Below are positions 53,207 to 62,178 of a DNA stretch of 64,000 bases, piece after piece. Numbering within the stretch: position 1 is the stretch's first letter; every line of letters begins with the position of its first letter. The notes under the pieces were generated by a model, which ran no database searches, was not told where the DNA came from, and was given only the letters and a program-made list of their open reading frames with translations. The DNA is from Phocaeicola sp. (GTDB lineage: Bacteria > Bacteroidota > Bacteroidia > Bacteroidales > Bacteroidaceae). A program made the translations under genes and the position numbers. The stretch lies in the NCBI GenBank assembly GCA_045121515.1, contig JBGVGD010000021.1:21955-85954 (forward strand), written 5' to 3'.

Positions 53207-54796
53207 ATGAAATACCCAATTGGCATACAGGATTTTGAAAGCATCATTAAGGATGGTTATGTTTATGTAGATAAGACTGCTCTTATTTACCGATTGGTGA
53301 CGGAAGGGAAAATCTATTTCCTCAGCCGTCCGCGTCGGTTCGGGAAAAGCTTGCTCGTTTCTACCCTGAAGGCTTATTATCAAGGGAAGAAGGAGTTGTT
53401 CAAGGGGTTGGCTATCGACTCCTTGGAGAAGGAATGGGCGCAGCATCCGGTGTTCCATATCGACTTCAATGGAGAAAACTTTATGGAACGGGGATCATTG
53501 GAAGCCAAATTGGAGAGTACCATTGCCGGTTGGGAAAAAGAATATGGTATTAGTCCTTTTTATACCACATTGGGAAGCCGTTTCCAATATGTGTTGCAGG
53601 CTGCCCGCCAAAAGACCGGAAAGCGCTCCGTTGTCCTCATTGACGAATACGACAAGCCTTTGCTGGATGTCATCGATACAGGAATAAAGACAACGTTAGA
53701 TTGTAATGAACTCTTGCTGGAAGACCGTCATCGCAATATCTTGAAAGGATTTTATTCTGTCTTTAAGGCTGCCGATGCCGACCTTCAGTTTGTCTTGCTG
53801 ACAGGCGTGACCAAGTTCTCGCAAGTGAGTGTGTTCAGCGGATTCAACCAACCGAAAGACATCAGTATGGATCCACGTTATGAAGCACTTTGCGGAATAT
53901 CGGAAGAAGAACTATATCAATATTTCCCCGTAGCCATAGAAAAACTGGCTACCAAATATAAGTATTCGGTAGAACAGATGAAAGAAAGGCTGAAGAGGGA
54001 ATATGACGGATATCATTTCAGTGATGAATTGATTGACATTTACAATCCGTTCAGCATCTTGAACGTTTTTGATTCAAACCGTATCAGCGACTATTGGTTC
54101 AGAACCGGCACACCTACCTATCTCATCCGCCTGCTGAATCATAGCCAAGAAAACTTAAATGAACTGACGGGAAAATTCTACGACCCGAGCCAATTCATCG
54201 ACTATAAGGCGGATGTGGAGAAGCCGCTCCCGATGATATTCCAGAGTGGATACCTCACCATCAAGGATGTGGACATAGATATGAATACATTCCTGTTGGA
54301 CTTCCCGAACAACGAGGTCAAGAAAGGATTCGTCACAATGGTAGCAAGCAGCTATCTGAAGCCCTCGACAGATGCAGGAAGTTGGGCACGCGATGTGGTG
54401 AGCACACTGAAAACAGGTGATTTGGAACAGTTCCGCAAGCTCCTCACTTCTTTCCTGGCGGACATACCTTATTCTATGCGACGCAAGGAAAGCGAACGCG
54501 AGAGGGAACGCTATTTCCATTACACGTTCTATCTGTTGATGCGAATGGTGAGTGTCTATACCACGTACACCGAGAAGCAGCAGAGCGAAGGACGGGTGGA
54601 TTGCATCATCGAAACACCCGACTATATCTATATATTCGAATTCAAGCTGGATGGTACGGCGGATGAAGCCTTGAAGCAGATAGAAGACAAGGGGTACGAC
54701 CGCCCTTACCTGGCAGATAAGCGCAAATTGTTCAAAATAGGTGTGGTCTTTTCTTCTGAAACGGGTACGGTAAGTGACTGGAAAGTCAAGGAATAA
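53207..54796 (+). CDS. AAA-ATPase-like protein with C-terminal PD-(D/E)XK nuclease domain
   Basis: YVYVDKT, SRPRRFGKS, LIDEYDKP and LTGVTKF motifs; nuclease motif GRVD...IFEFK. Confidence 0.92.
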   Translation: MKYPIGIQDFESIIKDGYVYVDKTALIYRLVTEGKIYFLSRPRRFGKSLLVSTLKAYYQGKKELFKGLAIDSLEKEWAQHPVFHIDFNGENFMERGSLEAKLESTIAGWEKEYGISPFYTTLGSRFQYVLQAARQKTGKRSVVLIDEYDKPLLDVIDTGIKTTLDCNELLLEDRHRNILKGFYSVFKAADADLQFVLLTGVTKFSQVSVFSGFNQPKDISMDPRYEALCGISEEELYQYFPVAIEKLATKYKYSVEQMKERLKREYDGYHFSDELIDIYNPFSILNVFDSNRISDYWFRTGTPTYLIRLLNHSQENLNELTGKFYDPSQFIDYKADVEKPLPMIFQSGYLTIKDVDIDMNTFLLDFPNNEVKKGFVTMVASSYLKPSTDAGSWARDVVSTLKTGDLEQFRKLLTSFLADIPYSMRRKESERERERYFHYTFYLLMRMVSVYTTYTEKQQSEGRVDCIIETPDYIYIFEFKLDGTADEALKQIEDKGYDRPYLADKRKLFKIGVVFSSETGTVSDWKVKE

Positions 54797-54811
54797 AAAT
54801 AACAAAACAAT

Positions 54812-55591
54812 ATGCATACTAGAAAAGAACAAATGGAAGCCTTCGGACGGTTTCTTGATGTGCTGGATGAGCTCCGCGAGAAATGTCCGTGGGATCGCAA
54901 GCAGACCAACGAGAGCTTGCGACCGAATACGATAGAAGAAACGTACGAACTCTGCGATGCCTTGATGAAGGACGATAAGAAGGACATCTGCAAGGAGTTG
55001 GGCGATGTGCTGCTCCACGTGGCTTTCTATGCCAAGATAGCGAGCGAAACGGGTGATTTCGATATGAAGGATGTGTGCGACCGCCTTTGCGACAAACTGA
55101 TATTCCGTCATCCGCATGTGTTCGGCGAGGTGCAGGCCGATACGGCAGAGAAGGTGGTGGAGAACTGGGAACAGATCAAGATGAAGGAGAAAGACGGTAA
55201 TAAGATGGTACTCAGTGGGGTTCCTTCGGCCTTACCTTCTTTAATCAAGGCGTATCGCATCCAGGACAAGGCACGGAATGTAGGCTTCGACTGGGAAGAC
55301 CGGAAGGATATCTGGAAGAAGGTGAAGGAAGAAATAGGTGAGTTTGAAGCCGAAGTGGAAAACATGGATAAGGACAAGGCGGAAGCTGAGTTCGGGGATG
55401 TGATGTTCAGCCTGATCAATGCGGCCCGTCTGTATAAGATCAATCCGGACAATGCATTGGAGCGTACCAACCAGAAATTTATCCGTCGGTTCAACTACCT
55501 GGAAGAACAGACTATCCAGAAAGGCATGAATCTAAAGAACATGACGCTGGAAGAAATGGATGCCATTTGGGATGAGGCAAAGAAAAAATAG
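54812..55591 (+). CDS. mazG: Nucleoside triphosphate pyrophosphohydrolase
   Basis: CPWDRKQT, EETYE, ELGDVLLH and RHPHVFG motifs; tandem MazG domains. Confidence 0.95.
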   Translation: MHTRKEQMEAFGRFLDVLDELREKCPWDRKQTNESLRPNTIEETYELCDALMKDDKKDICKELGDVLLHVAFYAKIASETGDFDMKDVCDRLCDKLIFRHPHVFGEVQADTAEKVVENWEQIKMKEKDGNKMVLSGVPSALPSLIKAYRIQDKARNVGFDWEDRKDIWKKVKEEIGEFEAEVENMDKDKAEAEFGDVMFSLINAARLYKINPDNALERTNQKFIRRFNYLEEQTIQKGMNLKNMTLEEMDAIWDEAKKK

Positions 55592-55596
55592 GTAAA

Positions 55597-57420
55597 GTCA
55601 AAATGATGCACCCTCTTCGTTTATAACTATATCCACATTACAATTTTCATGCCGCCAGATCCGAATGATTTTCACCCAAAAACTTCCAATCTGTTTTCCA
55701 TTTCGTTCGAAAAGGGTGATTTATGCGTGTTATTGTCGTAAAATCCATTCTGATTTGATTTTTCTGCAAGAGTGCACATAATTTCTTTATGTTGAAGGCT
55801 ATGGCAAAGAAGGCAAAGTCCATAGTGACCTTGTCCTTGGTAAAATGTCTGAACCTTCTGTATTGCATGTTGTACTTTATCTGTCCGAAAACGGCTTCTG
55901 GTTCTATGCATCTCTTTCCCCGATGTTGGATACCTTCTTCAGATGTCAGCCTCTCCCTTGCCTGTCGCTTGTATTCGTTCAGTCTATGATTGACTTCCAT
56001 GATACGGTTTCCCTTGGCCTTGAAGCATTGGCCTCTGAGTGGACATCCTTCACATCTTGCTGCTTGATAGCAGATACTTTCCGTGACATACCCACTGCCG
56101 GTCTTTCCCCTCTTTGTCCCGATTCGGTTCATGTGCTGTCCCATCGGACAGACATAATAATCCTCCCGTTTGTTATAATACAAGCTTTCTGGATGAAACG
56201 GATTCGGCTTGTATCTTGGTTTCTGTTCCTTGTGGAAGTAATTGTACTTGACAAAAGCTTCCGTACCGTTTCCGTCCATAAAACGGTAGTTCTCTTCAGA
56301 GCCATACCCTGAATCGGCGATGGTTGTCTTGGCGAACCGACCATATCTGTAGAAGAACATTTCTTCAAAGGGAATGAACGTGAGGGTGTCTGTAGGATTG
56401 GGGAACAGAGCAAAGTTGGTAATGAACTGATTTTCGGTGGCTATCTGAAGGTTGTACCCCGGCTTGGTCTGACCGTTGTTCATGGCATCCTCCTTCATGC
56501 GCATAAAGGTGGCGTCGGGATCTGTCTTGGAATAGGAATTACGTTCGCCCATGACAGTAAGGTGATTGTCGTATTCCAGTAGTTTATCCCGATGTTCTTC
56601 CAATTGTTTGATCTGGCGTTTTCTTTCCCGACATTTCTTCTTTTCTTCCTTGCCAACGGGAGCAGAAGCCGTCTCCAATGAATCCTTCAGTTCACCGATG
56701 ATGTCAGTCAGCATGGAAGGAGTGAATTCAACCTTCTCATTTTTTTTCCACAGTATTGTCCTGGGCTATGACTTCCTCCACCTGATCAAGCAGAACGCTA
56801 ATTTTCTTCATCAATTTGGAACGGTTCTTTTCCACGCTCTTTCGCCAAACAAAGGTGTACTTGTTGGCTTTCGATTCAATCTTGGTTCCGTCAATATATT
56901 CCACATCAGGGGTGATGAAACCTTTGGAGGAAAGTATCAGTACGACTTGGGTGAAAATGTTGTTTATTTCACCCTTAACCCTGTTGCGGAAACGGTTGAT
57001 GGTGATGAAGTCAGGCTTCTCATAACCGGCCAACCAAATGTAATGGATGTCACGCAAGAGCAGCTTCTCTATCCTACGGCAGGAGTAGACGTTGTTCATA
57101 TAGGCATAAAGGATGACTTTTCAGCATCATGCGGGGATGATAAGGACTGCGGCCTCTTTCCTTGTACAACTTCTTGAAGGCTTCAAGGTTGAGACTGTCG
57201 ACTATCGCATTGACGATACGAACAGGATCATTTCCCGCAATATTTTCATCAATTCTTTGCGGAAAAAGCACCAATTGGTTGGGAGTATATGGATGATAAT
57301 GTATCTTTGCCATTGTATAAATTGTATGCCTAAAGATACGAAAACTTTAGGATATATCAAAGCCCCAGCTTGTGAAAGTAGGGGCTTTGTGATATATAAA
57401 AAAGGGTGCATCATTTTGAC
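55597..57420 (-). mobile_element. Second IS1182-family element (~1.82 kb)
   Basis: Perfect 18-bp IRs GTCAAAATGATGCACCCT (55597-55614) and AGGGTGCATCATTTTGAC (57403-57420); no clear target duplication, so exact ends are uncertain. Confidence 0.82.
55647..57313 (-). pseudogene. IS1182-family transposase with two +1 frameshifts
   Basis: Three consecutive fragments (GRSPYHPRMMLK / YMNNVYSCRRIEK...YIDGTKIESKANKY / YSKTDPDATFMRMK...IEPEAVFGQIK); one extra A in runs at 57118-57121 and 56740-56747. Confidence 0.88.
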
Positions 57421-57870
57421 CTATTTATTTTTTGTGTCGTCTATTTCCTGGAGAATCTTCAGCATGTTCCGTGAGAACTTGATTTCTGCCCAATAGAGCA
57501 TGTAAATCTTCTTGTTCGAGAGTATTTCGCGGTATTTCTTAATGTATTCCTTTTCCAGCTGGGCAATTCTCTCTTGCTCATCGAAGTATTTGTCGATGAT
57601 TTCTTCGTATTGTTTTTCTGTGGTTTCAGGTTTAATGCCTTCTTTGGCGTTTCCCCATGCTCCCTTGTTGATTTCCTTTTTCTTGTCCTGGAACTCGAAA
57701 TAGAGTGGGAAGAACTTTTCTGTTTCTTCTTGGGTCAGATGGGCTCTCTTGGCCATGTAAGCCTGTTTCTTGGCCCGGAATTCGGTCTCGTTGCATTTGT
57801 CCTTCTTCTGTGCAGAGACAGGCAAGAAGAAAAGGCAAGCCATTAATAGGATGAAATAGCTGGTTCTCAT
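57421..57870 (-). CDS. Exported helical protein (Spy/CpxP-like)
   Basis: Signal peptide, LTQEETEKFFPLY motif, charged helices; third gene of the ECF cluster. Confidence 0.6.
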   Translation of the reverse strand: MRTSYFILLMACLFFLPVSAQKKDKCNETEFRAKKQAYMAKRAHLTQEETEKFFPLYFEFQDKKKEINKGAWGNAKEGIKPETTEKQYEEIIDKYFDEQERIAQLEKEYIKKYREILSNKKIYMLYWAEIKFSRNMLKILQEIDDTKNK

Positions 57871-57882
57871 GGGTACTTATTT

Positions 57883-58254
57883 TTAATTGTTGTTATCTTC
57901 TTCCGTTAATAATAGTTCATAAAGGGCATAGTCATCAATCGATGTCCGTCTGACGAGGGTTTCCCATTCTTCAGTGGAAAGCATGGCTGCTTCTGCCAGT
58001 GAGATAGGAAATTCTTCCTTTTGAGGTTCTCCCACAAAGATACGGACGCTGAGCATGATGCCGACGAACATGGCAGCCATATATACCCATGGCTTGACAC
58101 GTTGCCAAAGGGTAGGCTCCGGCAAGTACTGCATCGGTTCTTTCTCAGGAAGCTTGTTCATGAGCTCCTGGGTGAAATCCTCAAAATAATGTTCAGGCAC
58201 CCGGAACGGGTTCTGAGTACCTACTTTTCTTAGTATGTTATCTTCTTTTCCCAT
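57883..58254 (-). CDS. Single-pass membrane protein, probable anti-sigma factor
   Basis: NPFRVPEHYFEDF motif and one TM helix; directly downstream of the ECF sigma gene. Confidence 0.6.
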   Translation of the reverse strand: MGKEDNILRKVGTQNPFRVPEHYFEDFTQELMNKLPEKEPMQYLPEPTLWQRVKPWVYMAAMFVGIMLSVRIFVGEPQKEEFPISLAEAAMLSTEEWETLVRRTSIDDYALYELLLTEEDNNN

Positions 58255-58298
58255 GATGAATCCTTTCTTTTAGTTAGATGTCTCATTGTTGAAAAGGT

Positions 58299-58853
58299 TT
58301 AAAGATGTTTCTCTAAAAAAGATTCTATTTTTTTGACAGCATGATGATAGGAGGCCTTCAAGGCTCCGATGCTGGTTCCTAGAATCTCGGAAATCTCTTC
58401 GTATTTCATTTCCTTGAAATACTTCAGGTTGAATATCATCTGTTGTTTGTCCGGCAACTGCTTGACCGCTTGGAGGAAAATCTTTTGGGTTTCGTCTCCG
58501 TCGAAGTAGGCATCGCTTTCCAGCTGGTTCATCGTTTCGGTTTCGGCTTCGTCGATGGACAGTTGTTGGCTGGCCCGCTGTTTGTTCAGGAAGGTGAGAC
58601 ATTCGTTCAGGGCTATCCGGTAGAGCCAGGTAGACATCTTGGCGTCGCCTCTGAAGTATTCGATGTTGGTCCATGCCTTGATGAAGGTGTTTTGCAGTAT
58701 GTCGTTGGCATCCTCGTGGGTAAGCACCAAACGGCGGATCTGCCAGTATAATTGCTCGCTGTACTCCTTGACGATGCGTGCGAATGCTTCCCGTTGCCGT
58801 GCAGGGTCCTGCAGAAGAACGACAATTTCCTTTTCGTTATAAGTGCTGTTCAT
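58299..58853 (-). CDS. ECF-type RNA polymerase sigma-70 factor
   Basis: DANDILQNTFIKAW and STWLYRIA (region 2); MKYEEISEILG (region 4). Confidence 0.93.
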   Translation of the reverse strand: MNSTYNEKEIVVLLQDPARQREAFARIVKEYSEQLYWQIRRLVLTHEDANDILQNTFIKAWTNIEYFRGDAKMSTWLYRIALNECLTFLNKQRASQQLSIDEAETETMNQLESDAYFDGDETQKIFLQAVKQLPDKQQMIFNLKYFKEMKYEEISEILGTSIGALKASYHHAVKKIESFLEKHL

Positions 58854-58864
58854 CTGTAGGGCTA

Positions 58865-59779
58865 TTATAGGGTTATTCTTAAGTTTTCCTTCGCCAGTAG
58901 GGTGGCAGGGAAGACGCTCTGTGCTTCTTTCAGCAGGATGCTTTCATCCTCGTACCGGGCAGAGAAATGTCCGATGAGGAGCTGTTTCACTTCGGCATCG
59001 CGGGCTATCTCGGCAGCCTGCATGGCGGTGGTGTGGAAGGTTTCCTTGGCTCTGGCAGCTTCGCTCTGGGCAAAGGTTCCTTCGTGAAAGAGCAGATCCA
59101 CTCCCTTGATTTGCGGAATGATGCTTTTCAGGCAGATGGTATCCGAGCAGTAGGCATAACTGCGGGCTGGATCCGAAGGGATGGTCAAGCGGTGGTTAGG
59201 TACAACGGTGCCTTCCGGTGTAATATAATCCTCTCCGTTCTTGATACGGTTCAGTTCGAAAACGGGTACCTTATAAAAGTCCACCATGTCGCGGATGATA
59301 TGGTTGGGCGTTTGCTTTTCCTGGAAAAGAAAGCCGCAGGTAGGTATGCGGTGACGCAAGGGGATGGTGCTGACGGTGACAGAACGGTCCTCGTAGATTA
59401 CTTCGGTTTTGTTGGGGTTGATGGCATGGAACTCTACCGTATACGTCATGCCTTGGCAGAAGAAGTCCAGATGGGGCTTCAACAGCTTTTCCAGTTCCTG
59501 GTGGGCATAGATGTGTAGGGTAGCGGTGCGTCCCAAAAGCCCGAAGGTGGAAATCAGTCCCATTAGTCCGAAACAATGGTCGCCATGAAGATGAGAAATG
59601 AAGATGTGGTTGAGGCGGGAGAACTTCAGCTTGGAACGGCGGAGCTGGAGCTGTGCCCCTTCGCCGCAGTCAATCATGAACAGTTTCTCGCGTATGTTTA
59701 CCACCTGTGACGATGCGAAATGTCGGGTGGTAGGCAAAGCGGATCCGCAACCTAATATGTTTACTTCAAATTTTTCCAT
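58865..59779 (-). CDS. rnz: Ribonuclease Z
   Basis: ILGCGSA, ISHLHGDH, YCSDT, HEGTF and GHFSARY motifs. Confidence 0.95.
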   Translation of the reverse strand: MEKFEVNILGCGSALPTTRHFASSQVVNIREKLFMIDCGEGAQLQLRRSKLKFSRLNHIFISHLHGDHCFGLMGLISTFGLLGRTATLHIYAHQELEKLLKPHLDFFCQGMTYTVEFHAINPNKTEVIYEDRSVTVSTIPLRHRIPTCGFLFQEKQTPNHIIRDMVDFYKVPVFELNRIKNGEDYITPEGTVVPNHRLTIPSDPARSYAYCSDTICLKSIIPQIKGVDLLFHEGTFAQSEAARAKETFHTTAMQAAEIARDAEVKQLLIGHFSARYEDESILLKEAQSVFPATLLAKENLRITL

Positions 59780-59868
59780 CGGTTGCAAAGATACAAAAGG
59801 AATGGAAATAAAAAAAGAAGCACTCATAAAAGAGTGCTTCTTTCTTAAAATATGTCAGGTTTATAGAA

Positions 59869-61668
59869 TTACTTCTTACCTTCCAACTGTTGCTTCAAAG
59901 CAGCCAAAGCGTCGATGTCGCCCAAAGTAGTAGAAGCTGCCTGATTCTGGATCATTGGAGTTTCTTCCTGCTGTTGCTTCTTAGCTTTTCTTTCCTTAGC
60001 AGCTGCCTTCTTTTCTGCCTTTTCTTCTGCCTTAGCAGCATCTTCGAAAATACGGCTGTGAGAAAGGATGATGCGCTTAGCGTCCTTGTTGAATTCGATT
60101 ACCTTGAATTCCAACTTTTCTTCCATCTGAGCTTGCTTGCCATCTTCCTTTACCAAGTGCTTAGGAGTAGCGAAACCTTCAACACCGTAAGGCAATGCAA
60201 CTACAGCACCCTTATCCAACATTTCGATGATAGTACCTTCGTGTACAGAACCTACTGTAAATACAGTTTCGAATACATCCCATGGATTTTCTTCCAACTG
60301 CTTGTGACCGAGGCTCAAACGACGGTTTTCCTTGTCGATTTCAAGAACTTGAACTTCGATGTCAGCGCCAATCTGAGTGAATTCTGATGGGTGCTTGATC
60401 TTCTTTGTCCAAGACAAGTCAGAGATGTGGATCAAACCATCTACACCTTCTTCGATTTCTACGAATACACCGAAGTTAGTGAAGTTGCGAACCTTTGCAG
60501 TGTGCTTAGAACCTACTGGGTACTTTTCTTCGATAGTTTCCCATGGATCTTGCTTCAATTGCTTGATACCCAAAGACATCTTACGTTCGTCGCGGTCGAG
60601 AGTCAAGATAACTGCTTCTACGTCGTCACCTACCTTCATGAAGTCCTGAGCAGAACGCAAGTGCTGTGACCAAGACATTTCAGAAACGTGGATCAAACCT
60701 TCAACACCCGGAGCGATTTCGATGAATGCACCGTAGTCAGCCATAACAACTACCTTACCAGAAACCTTGTCACCTACCTTCAAGTCTGCGTTCAAAGCAT
60801 CCCATGGGTGCGGAGTCAATTGCTTCAAGCCGAGAGCGATACGCTTCTTTTCATCATCGAAGTCAAGGATAACAACGTTCAACTTCTGATCCAATTCTAC
60901 TACTTCCTTCGGATCGCTTACACGGCCCCAAGACAAGTCTGTGATGTGGATCAAACCATCTACGCCACCCAAGTCGATGAATACACCATATGATGTAATA
61001 TTCTTAACGGTACCTTCGAGTACTTGACCCTTTTCAAGCTTACCGATAATTTCCTTCTTCTGTTGTTCCAATTCAGCTTCGATAAGAGCCTTGTGAGATA
61101 CAACAACGTTCTTGAATTCTTGGTTGATCTTAACCACCTTGAATTCCATAGTCTTGCCTACAAATACATCGTAGTCACGGATAGGCTTAACGTCGATCTG
61201 AGAACCCGGCAAGAATGCTTCGATACCGAATACGTCTACGATCATACCACCCTTAGTGCGGCACTTAACGTAACCCTTAATGATTTCTTCGTTTTCAAGA
61301 GCAGCGTTTACGCGATCCCAAGAGCGAGTAGCACGTGCCTTCTTGTGAGAGAGGATCAACTGACCCTTCTTGTCTTCCTGATTTTCGATGTATACTTCTA
61401 CTGTATCACCAATCATCAAGTCAGGATTGTAGCGCAATTCATTCAAAGGAATGATACCGTCTGATTTGTAGCCGATGTTGACAACAACTTCGCGCTTGTT
61501 CATAGAGATGACAGTACCATCTACAACCTCGCGGTCGTTTACCTTGTTCAAAGTACCGTCATAAGCCTTTTCAAGCTCTTCTTGGCTCATGCTTGTTACA
61601 GCTTCGCCCTTTTCATACGCATCCCAATTGAAATCTTCAATAGGAGCAATGTTCTTTAAGTTTTCCAT
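59869..61668 (-). CDS. rpsA: 30S ribosomal protein S1
   Basis: Tandem S1 domains (GLIHITDLSW, GLIHVSEMSW, GLIHISDLSW); tail TTLGDIDALAALK. Confidence 0.98.
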   Translation of the reverse strand: MENLKNIAPIEDFNWDAYEKGEAVTSMSQEELEKAYDGTLNKVNDREVVDGTVISMNKREVVVNIGYKSDGIIPLNELRYNPDLMIGDTVEVYIENQEDKKGQLILSHKKARATRSWDRVNAALENEEIIKGYVKCRTKGGMIVDVFGIEAFLPGSQIDVKPIRDYDVFVGKTMEFKVVKINQEFKNVVVSHKALIEAELEQQKKEIIGKLEKGQVLEGTVKNITSYGVFIDLGGVDGLIHITDLSWGRVSDPKEVVELDQKLNVVILDFDDEKKRIALGLKQLTPHPWDALNADLKVGDKVSGKVVVMADYGAFIEIAPGVEGLIHVSEMSWSQHLRSAQDFMKVGDDVEAVILTLDRDERKMSLGIKQLKQDPWETIEEKYPVGSKHTAKVRNFTNFGVFVEIEEGVDGLIHISDLSWTKKIKHPSEFTQIGADIEVQVLEIDKENRRLSLGHKQLEENPWDVFETVFTVGSVHEGTIIEMLDKGAVVALPYGVEGFATPKHLVKEDGKQAQMEEKLEFKVIEFNKDAKRIILSHSRIFEDAAKAEEKAEKKAAAKERKAKKQQQEETPMIQNQAASTTLGDIDALAALKQQLEGKK

Positions 61669-61734
61669 TAAAAAATTAGTTAATAAAATTGTTAATTGTG
61701 TTAGACTTTATATGGATAATATCTAAATCGGCCG

Positions 61735-61742
61735 CAAAGATA
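61735..61742 (-). promoter_or_regulatory. rpsA -7 promoter box
   Basis: TATCTTTG on the minus strand, followed by CGGCCG. Confidence 0.65.
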
Positions 61743-61748
61743 CGATAA

Positions 61749-61780
61749 AGTTATGAGTTATGAGTTATGAGTGATGAGTT
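61749..61780. repeat. (AGTTATG)~4.5 heptamer array
   Basis: AGTTATG AGTTATG AGTTATG AGTGATG AGTT. Confidence 0.9.
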
Positions 61781-61790
61781 TTTTTTCTAT

Positions 61791-62144
61791 TTATGGGTTC
61801 TTTTTGCTGGTTATGATGATAGAAATGATCATTTTACGGATTTCTTCGCAGTCTTCTATCATGGAATCATACTCTTTTGTAGAAATGTATTCCGTTTTGC
61901 ATAAGAGGGTTAACCAATATTGAGTCTCATTGGCTTCCTTTTGCGAAATGGATAATTTGTGAATGAAATCAGCGGTAGATTCAGCGGATAATGCTTCGCT
62001 GATATTCGCTCCAATGGAAGTTCCACATCGCAAAAGTTGTTTACTTATGATGCATTCTCTATGGTTCTCGTTTAAATATTTGTATAGGTTGACTATCCTT
62101 ACCGCATAGTTCAAAGCCTTATTGTAGACCAAACTCTCCTTCAT
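61791..62144 (-). CDS. Four-helix-bundle protein (23S rRNA intervening-sequence protein family)
   Basis: SKQLLRCGTSIGANISEA...DFIHKLSISQKEANETQYWL motif. Confidence 0.92.
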   Translation of the reverse strand: MKESLVYNKALNYAVRIVNLYKYLNENHRECIISKQLLRCGTSIGANISEALSAESTADFIHKLSISQKEANETQYWLTLLCKTEYISTKEYDSMIEDCEEIRKMIISIIITSKKNP

Positions 62145-62176
62145 AACTCATAACTCATAACTTATAACTCATAACT
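62142..62176. repeat. (CATAACT)x5 heptamer array, inverted relative to 61749-61780
   Basis: CATAACT CATAACT CATAACT TATAACT CATAACT. Confidence 0.9.
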
Positions 62177-62178
62177 CC

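Noticed and set aside
53207-55591. ATPase-nuclease plus MazG as a two-gene defence system
   Set aside because: This MazG is the full-length tandem-domain housekeeping type; adjacency alone is not evidence.
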